Shown here: in pieces, positions 9,231-19,404 of the stretch
How positions within the stretch are numbered: the first letter of the stretch is position 1
Layout: each line of letters starts with the position of its first letter
NCBI GenBank assembly: GCA_000934665.2
Contig: JYFJ02001569.1
Location: forward strand, 56,574 to 76,573
DNA length: 20,000 bases
DNA from: Catajapyx aquilonaris
Taxonomy: Eukaryota
Direction of reading: 5' to 3'
Position numbers and translations under genes: made by a program
The notes under the pieces: generated by a model
Seen by the model: only the letters and a program-made list of their open reading frames with translations
What the model was told of the DNA's origin: nothing
Database searches by the model: none

Positions 9231-9779
9231 TTTGAAGATTTTGAACCACTCTTCGAGAAATCAGGCCTGAGAGAAGTTGTCCGAGTGTGGATGCGCCGCA
9301 CTACCAAAACTTGCATTCAACTCCAGGAGGATTCGGTCAGTAATGTGTGCCTATCTTCCGACCTGTGAGGGCCCTGTATTTGTGGCAAAAAAATAAATTT
9401 AATGGCTCAATGGAACAAAAGCCCAAGTCCACATGGTTTTTAACCTGTACTTGGGCATTTGTTCCATTGGGCGATTCAATTGTAAATCATTTTGGTACAG
9501 CCCTCGTACTTTGGCATACTGACATAAATAAGCAAAATTTTGTAAGTAGTGTTTCTTCCATGCACGCATGTACAGTAGGCCTATACTATATGAAGTCTGT
9601 ACAGTTGAATGTTGGCATGTTTGAAGGGATCATCAGCCATGTGTGACAGCACTCTTCTGGAAAAATATGCCTTTGAATGGATGACATTGCCATGCATTGC
9701 AGCTCTTCCATTACAGGTTTATTCATCGTACTAATTTTTTCATTCTAGTTTTTGCTGTCAAATGTCATGGCATCTAGTG

Positions 9780-9942
9780 CAGTGAAACCTGTCTACAGCA
9801 GAACTTCTCTGGTGTAATAAAATATACTGAGCAAGGTTCTGTGAGACAAAAATTCATTGAAAATCCTCTCTCTGGATGAAATAAATTCTGCATTTGGCAA
9901 GTTTTCACTGCATCTAGTGTTTGTTATAGCCAGGTTTCACTG
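9780..9942. mobile_element. Small pogo/Tigger-like MITE
   Basis: Perfect 12-bp TIR CAGTGAAACCTG (9780-9791) / CAGGTTTCACTG (9931-9942). TA follows on the right and TG precedes on the left (possibly a decayed TA). Confidence 0.6.
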
Positions 9943-10129
9943 TAGTGTGTGCAATGTCATATAGCAGCACCACTTTTCATGTGACAGGTGCTTTTCATAC
10001 TCTGTCCTTATAGCTCTATGTCCATTGTAAATGAAATATCCTATTGTTAGTGTACTGTTAGTCATGTGCTGTATTGTTATTCTTATTAGTTTACATTTAG
10101 TTTACATTTTCAGTGTTGCTGTGAGCACA

Positions 10130-10345
10130 TTGAGGCCATTGAAAACACAAGTAGGAGATTTGGGGGTTAAAACCTTCCCGCTTGTGACCATAACAAACAA
10201 AAATATTATGGTGAGACAAGTAGCTCTCAAATATTATATGGCTAGGTTGCACACTGAAACTAGCCCGTTGACTGAGTGTTTAGCTGATACGATCAACCTA
10301 TCAACTGAACATCCAGTAGAACATGGGCTGAAGAAGGTGAAGGTG
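10130..10345 (+). mobile_element. Possible degenerate Penelope-like GIY-YIG endonuclease remnant
   Basis: LRPLKTQVGDLGV, then after a frameshift P.CD....YYGETS (10204-10221), resembles the Penelope motif LRP.KD....GVY.IPC.C...YIG.T. A CTGAAGA hammerhead-core half-motif lies at 10328-10334. Heavily decayed. Confidence 0.35.
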
Positions 10346-10586
10346 TAGAATCTACGTATATTATTAATACCCTACTGCAGGGGTATTCAACTACAGTAGT
10401 TTATGACAAGGTCCAGTATTTACCTTTCCTGGGCCATGGAAGATCTGGAACCCCAGGTAAAAACATATAGACTTTATATGGTACCACAGGGTTCATATTA
10501 AAAAATAGAAACATGTGCAGCAAGGGTAGAAGGGCCTATCAAGACAGGGCATATTAAGACATTTTCGCCCTTTATGATGTCTTGTA

Positions 10587-10700
10587 CAGGCGCATAGGCA
10601 GAATAATTTCGGAGGGGGGCCCATTTCATAAGCACAAGGTGAACAAGCCGTAAAGGGCGGGGAACGAGCCCGCTGCAGGGGAAATTTTCTGGGGGGTTCA
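10587..10700 (+). mobile_element. Probable left end of a hAT-like non-autonomous element
   Basis: CAGGCGCATAGGCAGAATAATTTCGGAGGGGGGCCCAT resembles the left end of the hAT MITE at 17822 (CAGTGGCGTAGGCAGAAATTTTTTTCGGGGGGGGCCCAT). No convincing right TIR or TSD, so the extent is uncertain. Confidence 0.45.
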
Positions 10701-11178
10701 AGGTCACACGAGCTTAGGTGAATGTGGGAGATTTGAATGGGTATGTATGTGATGAAATTGGTAGCCCTTTTTCCAAAAAATAATGAATTAGTAATTTATC
10801 AGGCCAAGCGACGCGGCGGGGTTGGGAAGGCATGGTGGGCTCCAAACATGTTGGCTACGGGTCGCAAACAATCGGATGCCGGGAGAGCACAACAAAGGGC
10901 GTCTTGTTACTCCTGCCACGCGAACCGATCAGACGAGTGCTATTAATGAAGGAGGTGGGAAATATGAAAGCCATGACAGTTGCTGCAGTCCGTTAACCCA
11001 AAGAACGACACTTTGTCAAGCAACCTTGAAGGCATTCGAATTTGGCTTTATTTATAAAACGCAACAAAAACACCAACCGCCTAAAAAACCCACCACCATG
11101 GAGTTCCCATAAACGCCGTGGGCGCTACCTCCGCACCATCTTCGGTACTTCGACATTGGATGTCACTGCCTGGTCCAC

Positions 11179-11179
<1 letters not shown>

Positions 11180-11217
<38 letters not shown>

Positions 11218-11233
11218 ACTCTCACTCTCTCTC

Positions 11234-11269
<36 letters not shown>
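11180..11269. repeat. (CT)n microsatellite with CTCA interruptions
   Basis: Directly visible. Confidence 0.97.
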
Positions 11270-11271
<2 letters not shown>

Positions 11272-11344
11272 CTTTTGCAATTTTGCCTAATTTCTTCGCC
11301 AAATTTTGGCAAGTTGGTGCCTAGTAAAGCTTTTAAATGCAACC

Positions 11345-11624
11345 TTTATTTGATTGATGTTACATTTTTGGTAGCTATTCACTGAAGCGCCTGGACCCAC
11401 GGGCAGGATGACAGGAGGGGATGAGCAAAGTGCAAGTGCAATGTCTGAGATGGGTACATTTTGTGAACTCCCCCGGGTGGATATTCTATCGGAGATTCCA
11501 TCTGAGACGAAGGCAGAGACGACCTAACTCTGCACGAGATGAAGGGGGTAACCCCGGGCTGGGATCGATCCCGGGACCTTAACATCCGTGGGCACATACT
11601 TTACCACAGCGCCACTCCTCCTCC
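11345..11624 (-). mobile_element. tRNA-derived SINE
   Basis: Minus strand begins GGAGGAGGAG, then A-box-like TGGCGCTGTGG (11614-11604) and B-box-like GGATCGATCCC (11571-11561) at tRNA-like spacing. A GC-rich body follows, ending in an ATCAATCAAATAAA-like tail (3' end approximate). Confidence 0.7.
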
Positions 11625-11830
11625 ATCGTAAATGACAAAGGACCAAAAAACCCGCAATTTTCTTCTGCCGTCTCCTTGTTGCCAAATATATGCCAGAAAA
11701 AGCATGATTTAGACCTTATCTGCAAGTATAAATGGGCGCCTCTTAAAGTTAAACGTGCTGCACTTTATAGCCGAGGCTGTTATATCCGGTTTCAACTGTA
11801 TTAATTTTGATGAAAAAGTCACTATAGACT

Positions 11831-12152
11831 TAGACTTTTTCTCTACAAAAAAAAGTTATAGTACGGCTTTGTCTGTCCATGGACAGGTGTCAGGTAATAA
11901 ACTGCAGGAGATATCGACAAACAGTTTTTAGATTTGGAATGAGGGGATCCTGAATAGGTTTCATGGTCAACTTCTGGTTGTCTGGGTCCACTCTCTCTGC
12001 CAAGGTCAAGTCTACTGGCAGGTGTCCTTGAGTTCCTTGGCAATGAGAAATGAGACTGACAACATGCTATGTCATTGTTGTCCAATTAACATTTCCTTGG
12101 CAATGAGAAAAAGTCTACTCGAGACAAGCTCGCACGACTTTCCAATCTTGTT
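11831..12152 (+). mobile_element. DINE-1/HINE-like (Helentron-derived) non-autonomous element
   Basis: Perfect 13-bp subterminal inverted repeat TAGACTTTTTCTC (11831-11843) / GAGAAAAAGTCTA (12105-12117). Also a partial inverted repeat just after the 5' copy, a GTCTGTCC microsatellite remnant, a degenerate 3' stem-loop (CGAG-ACAAG-CTCG) and a CTTGTT end. The body is homologous to 12711-12867. Confidence 0.65.
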
Positions 12153-12231
12153 TCAGTATCTGTTCCCTGGGTTGGGAAAAATGTGAACTTCAGCCCTTGT
12201 TTTACTGGGCCATTCAACTGTTGAGAAACAG

Positions 12232-12300
12232 TTGAAACCTTCTGCTAGACCCTCAATTGATGATATATTTTCAGTGATGCAACCTGGTCTAAACCCAAAT
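12232..12300 (-). mobile_element. Possible non-LTR retrotransposon reverse transcriptase remnant
   Basis: Minus-strand FGFRPGCITENI (from 12299) resembles the LINE RT motif QFGFRPGRST.D.I. The match is short and the flanks are decayed. Confidence 0.3.
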
Positions 12301-12490
12301 TTTTTTCACACCTCCAGTTGGGTTCATGCCTAATAGTTATTTAAATAGCAACTAACAGTTACTGTATGGATTTGTAATCCATTACATCAAAAAGCATATT
12401 TTCTGTTCATAATCTTGCACCTTTGGCACGCTGTTTGCATGCAGCAACTATACTGTATCCCACTGGCACTATAGCTGCAAGGAAGTATTT

Positions 12491-13328
12491 TTCTCACAGG
12501 GGACATTTCCCGGCTCATAATGGCGGATCTTGATGAAACTTTACATGCTAATACAGGACAATATGACAACCAAAAATGAAATATTTCGTCCTGACGTCCA
12601 TATTTGCAAAAGTTATGACTTCTTAAAGTGACCAAATAATACATTTTCATACACAATGGGATTACATTAGCGACCACATATAATGACATTGAAGTGTGTA
12701 ATCAGTTTACAGACTTTTTCTCATCTAGAAAAAGTCCAATAGAACAGCTCTGTCCGTCCGTCCATCTGTGGACATGTATTAAGGCCTAAACCGCAAGAGA
12801 TAACAACATTCGGTTTTAATATTTGGATTAAGCTTGACCAAAATAGGTTTCATGGTCAAATTCCGGTTTTTTAAACCGCCTGTAAAGTAGACTTAGCCTA
12901 TTGTGCGGATAGAGTGAACCTGGAAAACCGGAAGTGGCGGGTCACCAGAAGTTGCTGGTCACCGGAAGTTGACGATGAAACCTATTTTGGTCACACTTAA
13001 TCAAAATATGAAAACCGTTTGTCGTTATCTCTTGCGGTTTAGGCCTTGATACCTGTCCACAGATGGACGGACAGAGCTGTTCTATTTGACTTTTTTCCCA
13101 ATGAGAAAAAGTCAGTAAACTGATTACATACTTCAATGTCATTATATGTGGTCACTAATGTAATCCCATTATGTATTACAATGTGTTATTTTTGGCACTT
13201 GAAGACGTCATAACATTTGCAAATATGGACGTCAACATGAAATATTTCATTTTTGGTTAACATATATTGTCTATGTTTAGTTTCATCAAGATCCGTCATT
13301 ATCACCTGGAAAATGTCCTTTGTCAGAA
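12491..13328. mobile_element. Large foldback containing two inverted HINE-like 5' halves
   Basis: Arms about 12491-12867 and 12961-13328 (~370 bp) are reverse complements, e.g. AATGGGATTACATTAGCGACCACATATAATGACATTGAAGT vs ACTTCAATGTCATTATATGTGGTCACTAATGTAATCCCATT. Spacer about 93 bp. Confidence 0.85.
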
Positions 13329-13487
13329 TCATAGTGTCCCAGTCACATGATGTAAAGAGACATATGCTCATTTTAAGCAGTGACTTTGGAACTACAACTG
13401 TTACAGGTTATCAGATATATTAGCTGGAACTGATGCATCCTTCTTAAGTCATTCAGGGGAGGTTGTCTGAAAACTGGGTTAATAACT

Positions 13488-13727
13488 GAGGATGCGGCCG
13501 CCAAAAGCGGCTATCTTCGCTGAACCCTATTCCGAGAAAATGCCAATTTTGTAGATTAGATTTCTACGGCTGTAAATGGGATTTCCAGATTTCGTCCTTT
13601 TGTTATGGCTCCAAAAAAATCATTTCGATCTGGCTCTTTGGCCCATTAGGTGCGCCTTTACACGAAGATTATAATGGTGGTGTTAACTCAAAAATCGAAG
13701 ATAGCCGCTTTTGGCGCCCGCCTCCTC
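13488..13727. mobile_element. MITE, Sola-like (GAG...CTC termini, 4-bp TSD)
   Basis: 32-bp TIR GAGGATGCGGCCGCCAAAAGCGGCTATCTTCG versus 13696-13727, 2 mismatches. TSD AACT at 13484-13487 and 13728-13731. Confidence 0.85.
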
Positions 13728-14180
13728 AACTATTGGCCCCAGCAGTTAAAAATGGGGGGAGGACTTTCACATTGCCTGACAGAATTTGGCAGGGGTATGG
13801 GTATGCTGTACCAACCTACCCCATGACCTAACATTACTTCATGGTCTGAATACACACCCATCCTTCAGCGGATACAAGCCTATCTTGTACCAGATACAAA
13901 CCTAGGAATTTACTGTAGGTCAAAGTGCGGCGCGGCGTCTCCCAAAGTGAAAGTGAAAATGGTTTTCGTGAAAATATTATGCAGAAAAATTCTTTGCAGT
14001 TTATAACATAAAGGCATCTTTCTGTGCAGCCTAATATTGGCAGATAATATTTTGATGACCTCTACAGACACTGCATGGGAACACATGACATAATATCACT
14101 TACTTAACACATCATGGCTAATTTGTTGTTACATTACTTCTTGAGGAGGAAGTGGGAGTGACAGGGTTGAAGTCACTTAA

Positions 14181-14868
14181 CCCCTTCACTACCAGCTGGG
14201 CAGAAAACACGTAGATTTTCGATTAAGCATACTCTGAAGATACTGTCAGGATATTTTACAAATAATAACAGCTATACTTACCTGTTCAAGGAAAACACTG
14301 AATGTGTTGCCGAACAATTTTACTCCTCTAGAAATCCCTAAATTAATTTCCAAAAAGAGGGCTGCAGAGTAGCTATACTTCACCCCCTAGATTTTAGCTT
14401 ACACGTACTCTGAAGATAAGGACAAGATATTTTACAAATAATAACAGATATACTTACACATTCATGCAAAACACTATGAATATGTTTGGAACCATTTTCC
14501 TTGTCTAGAAGTCAATAAATTAATTTTCAAAGAGATCACTGTAAAAATTTGTAATTCAAGTATTTCCGGCCAACAGTTAGGCTGATTTAATTATGAAACA
14601 CATTAAAACCTACGTATGTATGTTTTAATGTATTTCATAATTAAATCAGCTTAACAGTTGACCGGTAGTACTTGAATTTCAAGTTTTGACAGTGAAATTT
14701 TTGAAAATTAATCCGGGACTTCTGACGAGGGAAATTGTTGCCAACATACTCATAGTGTTTTCCCTGAATGGGTAAGTAATCCTGAATGGGTAAAATATCT
14801 TGTCCGTATCTTCAGAGTACGCATAAGCTAAAATCTAGGTGTTTTCGGCTTAGCTGGTAGCGAAGGGA
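14181..14868. mobile_element. piggyBac-type (TTAA) foldback MITE with internal tandem duplication
   Basis: TTAA at 14177-14180 and 14869-14872. Termini CCCCTTCACTACCAGCT / AGCTGGTAGCGAAGGGA. Palindromic around about 14615. The left arm carries a duplicated ~145-bp block (starting 14212 and 14388). Confidence 0.82.
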
Positions 14869-14872
14869 TTAA

Positions 14873-15738
14873 CCCTTTGTCTCCCATGGCCCAATTTGGT
14901 TGTATTATAATACAACCAAACAAAATATTTTTAAAAATTCACTGGTATAACCCCGACGGAAATTTCTTTCACTGTAGCCTAAGGAAATATTCATAGTATC
15001 TATGTTCACGAGTATTTACGCCACTTGCGTGATATTTTTAATGGCATGACGTCATAGGCCAAAGGTTTCGTTCATTGTAAACAACCCGAACCAAGCACGT
15101 ACTGCCCGAATTTAAATACACACAGCTCCCTGCCGCTTATTTCCTGGCATGTGAACGTCCAGCTGAAAACCATTTTAAAAATCCTGAAATTCTGCGACTT
15201 ACTTTTCGCCAGGGAAAAAATCAGAACGATCTGTGAAGGGTAGGCAATCTCCCCCCGGAGCCATTTTGATCGTCAAGAGGGTCCTCTCTCCTAATTGGCT
15301 GGACGGACTGCTCTGAGCTCTGGGCGTAGCCACCTGAGCCACCTGAACCTTCTTTTGGATCCAGCGGATCACATTACCTCCATTTAAATTGGACCTTTAA
15401 AAAATTCTACCGGACACTTAATGTTTTCATAATAAATTCATCAGAGAGACTGGGCAACCATATAGAATTATCGTGGATTTCTTAGAGGGGTAGAAGCTGC
15501 CTTTAAAAAACAGCATAGATGACGCAATTGGATGACGTCACCGTCTTGTGCATAGTTTATGAGGCGGTTGCTGTCCTCTTTCGATATGCAGTGTATGTTG
15601 GAATGTCTGGCAATGTTCAGCCCCCTCTTGTGCATGAATCGAGAGTGAAACCAATGGTGCCAGATCCAGTGATTTTCACCTAGGGCGCTCTTTTTAAGCC
15701 ACCACCTGAAGAGTTCAGAATCGCGCGGGAGACAAAGG
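14873..15738. mobile_element. Second piggyBac-type non-autonomous element abutting the first
   Basis: Starts TTAA|CCCTTTGTCTCCC, with matching GGGAGACAAAGG at 15727-15738. The right-hand TTAA is missing. Confidence 0.55.
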
Positions 15739-15890
15739 CAAGTTGGATGTCATAGTGTTCCTGCCAAGCAGGCAGTGTAGTTAGTAAGAAGTACTTGCTG
15801 TCATCACCTAAGCTTAGTGTAGTGTTTATTCTGCTACAGATATGTGGTTATGTGTTTCGCCTGTACTTCAATTGTGATGTCTGCTTACAG

Positions 15891-16098
15891 TGTGTGGCTT
15901 GGTATGGAGCTATTGCTCTGACTTCCCTGCCAGGACAGCTCACTGTTGCCCACATTGGCCGTTTTCCATTCCACCGTGATGTCAGCTTGGAAGTTGTGGA
16001 GGGAAATTCAATTGTGATTGACTGTGCCACCCCCTTCAGCATTCCACCTCCGATTGTCCGCTTCTTCCGCAATGAACAAGTGGTGGGCCCTGAACAAG
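15891..16098 (+). CDS. ihog: Ihog/Boi (CDON/BOC)-like receptor, coding exon 3 (end of Ig1, start of Ig2)
   Basis: Acceptor CTGCTTACAG ends at 15890 (phase 0). CVAWYGAIALTSLPGQLTVA resembles the insect Ihog/Boi YQCVAWFG...S...L..A segment as I recall it, followed by V.EGNSIVIDC..P.S.PPP (Ig2). Donor AG|GTGACT at 16099 is phase 1. Confidence 0.92.
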
Positions 16099-16531
16099 GT
16101 GACTTGATGAATTAATCCATTTTTGTAGATGCGCAGTATAGGAGTGAAAATTTTAGACTTTAGTATATCAGAGTCAAAAACTCCTGTTCACTAAAGAAAA
16201 TGTATGGAATTTTCTGGATGCAAAAAGGACTATGCTGACTTTGTACTTCTCTGAATGTATTGTTCTCTACTACAAAAAGATAAGTAGTCATCCTGTATCA
16301 ACATGTGAGATACCGGTATGCTGATATTTGGTGCAATGCATTGTGTGGGATATTGTGACGAATTGTTGAAGTTATGGCTCTTTGGTCCAATTCATTGTTT
16401 GAGAGACTGGGAAAAATTTACATTATAACCCATACTGGGCAGGTTTTATTTGCATTTCAAGTGCTTTATTCATATGGGTGCACTAGTTATATGGCATGTG
16501 CAGTATACTGATTGTTGCTTACTATTCACAG

Positions 16532-16957
16532 GAAACTCGTACCTTCAGTACTCAGGCAACTTGCATATTATAAATATTCGGCCTTTTCAAGCAGGCACAT
16601 ATACGTGCACAGTGACAAACAATGCAACTGGTGAAGTGGTCCATTCAGATTATGTTACAAGAGTGACAGTACATGCCCATGGAGAGAAGCAGGCACCTAC
16701 CTTTATCTGGAAACCACAAGCTGTATACAGTGTGGCAGAAGGCACTACTGTGAATCTTGGCTGTGTGGCGGTGGGAAATCCCCCGCCTGTGGTTCAGTGG
16801 CGGAAACAAGATGGGAAACTTCCTGTTAGGAGAGCGAGGGTGCTTCCAAGTCATTTGCTGTTACACATGACGCCGGAAGACGAAGGGGTGTACATTTGTG
16901 AGGCGACCAATGGGATAGGCTCACCAGTACATGCCCATGCAAAAGTGGAACTGCAAA
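16532..16957 (+). CDS. ihog: Ihog/Boi (CDON/BOC)-like receptor, coding exon 4 (end of Ig2 and all of Ig3)
   Basis: Acceptor TATTCACAG ends at 16531 (phase 1). SGNLHI.N....AGTYTC and V.EG.TV.LGC.A.GNP.P.V.W...EDEGVYIC.A.NG.G are I-set Ig motifs. Donor A|GTAAGT at 16958 is phase 1. The gene continues beyond the window. Confidence 0.95.
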
Positions 16958-17590
16958 GTAAGTGTTATTAGTGTAAAATAATTTATTGTTATAGGGAATC
17001 TGTCTTCACATGGGAATTCTGCTGAATATACTCAAAATGGATACTTACTGTAAGACTTCTCAGAAAAAAGCTGTTTCCTTGGCTCCATTTTCTCGTTCTC
17101 CTTTTTCTGATGAAGGAGAGGTAGAACAAAAACAAAAATGAGTTTCAGGGAGCCAACATTGAGTGATGGTGCTCCAAGCAGTAGTCATATGGCAGCACAA
17201 TTGCTGGAGTCCAAGATGTTGAACTTTGGGAGGGCTGCAAGATGGGCAGAAAGGGTTTAAACTGTTAATTGTAATGCACATCCATGGAGACGTGATTTCT
17301 GTGCTCCTGCAAGTCGGCTCATGCACCTCTCCTGTCCATTTTACTACTACTGCTTGCTTTTGACTGATTTTGTGAAACAGCCTTAAGGTATCAGTTGGTT
17401 TCCCTTGGTCAATGTTGGGGTTTCTTCATGAGGGAAAACCATGAATGTCTCTCTGAGTTTAAAATGAGTTCTGGTGGATATGTCACCCTCAAGTCTTCAT
17501 CATAAAACATTCATTCACCCATGACTGAGTTTCTTATGTTTTTGGTAATTTTCGTTTTCATTAACCAGTTTAAGAAACACTGATCTAGAC

Positions 17591-18523
17591 CATGACTGGA
17601 ACTGTATGGGGGATGCTCAAAGTTGTGCCACTTGAACTGTTTCAAACAGGTGCATGATAATGATCAACTGCACGTCACAGCCTTTACACATGCATTACTC
17701 ACCACCAAAGTAACTCTTCTTACCCTCCTAAACTTTGAACATTTTTGGATTTTCTAATTCTGCTTGACATTAATTGTGCAAACACCACCTCTGCTGCTAA
17801 TTTTCACACTAGCAGGGTCAACAGTGGCGTAGGCAGAAATTTTTTTCGGGGGGGGCCCATGGCCGATCGGTCCGTTTCATAATATTGTAACCTATTGTAA
17901 GACTTTTTTGACGTATCATAACAGTATTCGAGTCGGAGAGGGGAGGGGGAGGATTTCATAAACCGCGAAAATTTTCTTTACTGTTACTTAATGTAATGCA
18001 TTTATTGCTTTTTCTTAACATTTCGGGGGGGGGGCCCGGCCCCCCCGGGCCCCCCCCCCCCTGCCTACGCCACTGAGGGTCAAAATACAAGCCAAAAGAC
18101 CGAAATTCTGAAGCCACAACACCGGCTGGCCGGTCGTGGGTCTTCGTGACTGATGTCTGTGATATGTAAATGATTGATTAAACTTGATTCATAAATTGCT
18201 ACACAAAATTGATTTCGAAGCGTGTGAGGTCATATTCTACTTTCTCGTGCCACCCTAGAGTGCGCTACAGTCGCGGCAACCGGGGACCTGCAACCCGCGA
18301 CTGGCTGCTAGGTGTTGTGGCTTCGGAATATGGCATTAAGCTTGTATTTTGACGTGAAAAATTAGCAGCAGAGGTGATGTTTGCACAACACTATAGGCCA
18401 AGCAGAATTAGAAATTCGAAAAATTCGAAAAATTTAGGAGGGTAAGAAGAGTTAGTTTGGTTGTCAGTCGCACAGAGTCCAAGTGGTATATCTTTGAGTA
18501 TTCTTCTTTTAGTCCAGATCATC
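17591..18523. mobile_element. Old hAT (Charlie/Buster-type target) foldback element
   Basis: Identical 8-bp flanks ATCTAGAC at 17583-17590 and 18524-18531. Long degenerate arms, e.g. TAACTCTTCTTACCCTCCTAAA (17711) / TTTAGGAGGGTAAGAAGAGTTA (to 18454). The left arm is interrupted by a younger MITE. Confidence 0.75.
17822..18075. mobile_element. Young hAT MITE nested in the foldback
   Basis: Perfect 15-bp TIR CAGTGGCGTAGGCAG / CTGCCTACGCCACTG. Perfect 8-bp TSD AGGGTCAA at 17814-17821 and 18076-18083. Confidence 0.93.
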
Positions 18524-18699
18524 ATCTAGACCTCACACCAAGTGACCTACGCATGTTTCACCACCTCTAGGAAATTTGTTTATTTGTGGAAGGTGAGAGC
18601 CTAAGGGGCAACCAAGTGACAAAGTAATTGGGTCGTTCAAAAATGATTGGGACTCCAATTTTTTTCTGCACACGAACTATTGAATGGGACAAAATGAAT

Positions 18700-18933
18700 T
18701 CATGGTACATTAGGGTATTCCCTTCCGATGTCTATGCACTGTTGCCACCATTCCGGCAGTTTCTGTATTGCTGCAGAAAACCATCCTTTGGGGGTTCCCT
18801 GGCGCCACTCTTGGACAACTGACTGAAGCTCGTTGTTGGAGGTGAACTTGTGACAACGCACTGCCTCTTTCATTGCGTCAAACAGAGCATAGTCACTAGT
18901 CGCAAGAGCTGGTGAATATGGAAGATGATGAGG
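18700..18933 (-). pseudogene. Mariner transposase C-terminal fragment
   Basis: HLPYSPALATSDYALFDAMK.....KF....L...V.EW....P..WF...IQKLPEWWQQCID..REY matches the mariner HPPYSPDLAPSDYHLF...KL..RW..C....G.Y motif. The N-terminal part is absent. Confidence 0.88.
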
Positions 18934-18954
18934 ACCCCCTTTTATGATAGTCAA

Positions 18955-19131
18955 GTAACCTGCAACCCCCCCCCCCCCCCCCCCCCCCCNACGAGTACTA
19001 GTAGAAGATTAATGTAGTGTAGGCATATTAAAACATATTTAAAAAAACCTCGTGGTAAAAGGTCCTATAAATTTTTTTGCAAGTAAAAAATTACCGCAAG
19101 GGGGTCGCGACCGACAGGATGGGAACCACTG
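18955..19131. mobile_element. hAT-Charlie-like MITE fragment inside the mariner remnant
   Basis: Right end GGGGGTCGCGA...GGGAACCACTG followed by ATATAGAG (Charlie-like target). The left end is degraded and poly-C, so the boundary is approximate. Confidence 0.45.
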
Positions 19132-19404
19132 ATATAGAGAGAAGGACTAATATATGTGTCCAATTTCAACCATTTCTCTCTTTTCCTTCAAGGCGATGGT
19201 ACGAACTTTATGAACGCCCCTTGTAGAATCCACCTAGTTTTTGGTGAAAATTTGTGAACTATTGAAAAGGCATTTTGCATGTATGTCACCCATCTGAAAG
19301 GAGTTAATATTGGCTGCACATTTCTCTGGTTCCCATTGAAAAATTGCACTTCTAAATCCCAAAATACAAGGCTCAGTCAGGTGAAAGTGGGGCAGACAAC
19401 TGTA

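Larger units (their letters stand above)
18626..19223 (-). mobile_element. Internally deleted mariner-like element
   Basis: Contains the transposase C-terminus. Mariner-like TIR TA|CAAGGGGCGTTCATAAAGTT on the minus strand from 19223, with a degenerate counterpart GGGTCGTTCAAAAA at about 18630. Confidence 0.6.

Noticed and set aside
11042..11324. SL/SH-repeat ORFs
   Set aside because: Translation of the (CT)n microsatellite.
10587..11394. CAGGCGC...GCGCCTG as the TIR pair of one 800-bp hAT element
   Set aside because: Only a 7-bp match, the 8-bp flanks differ (GTCTTGTA vs GACCCACG), and the right motif lies inside the SINE.
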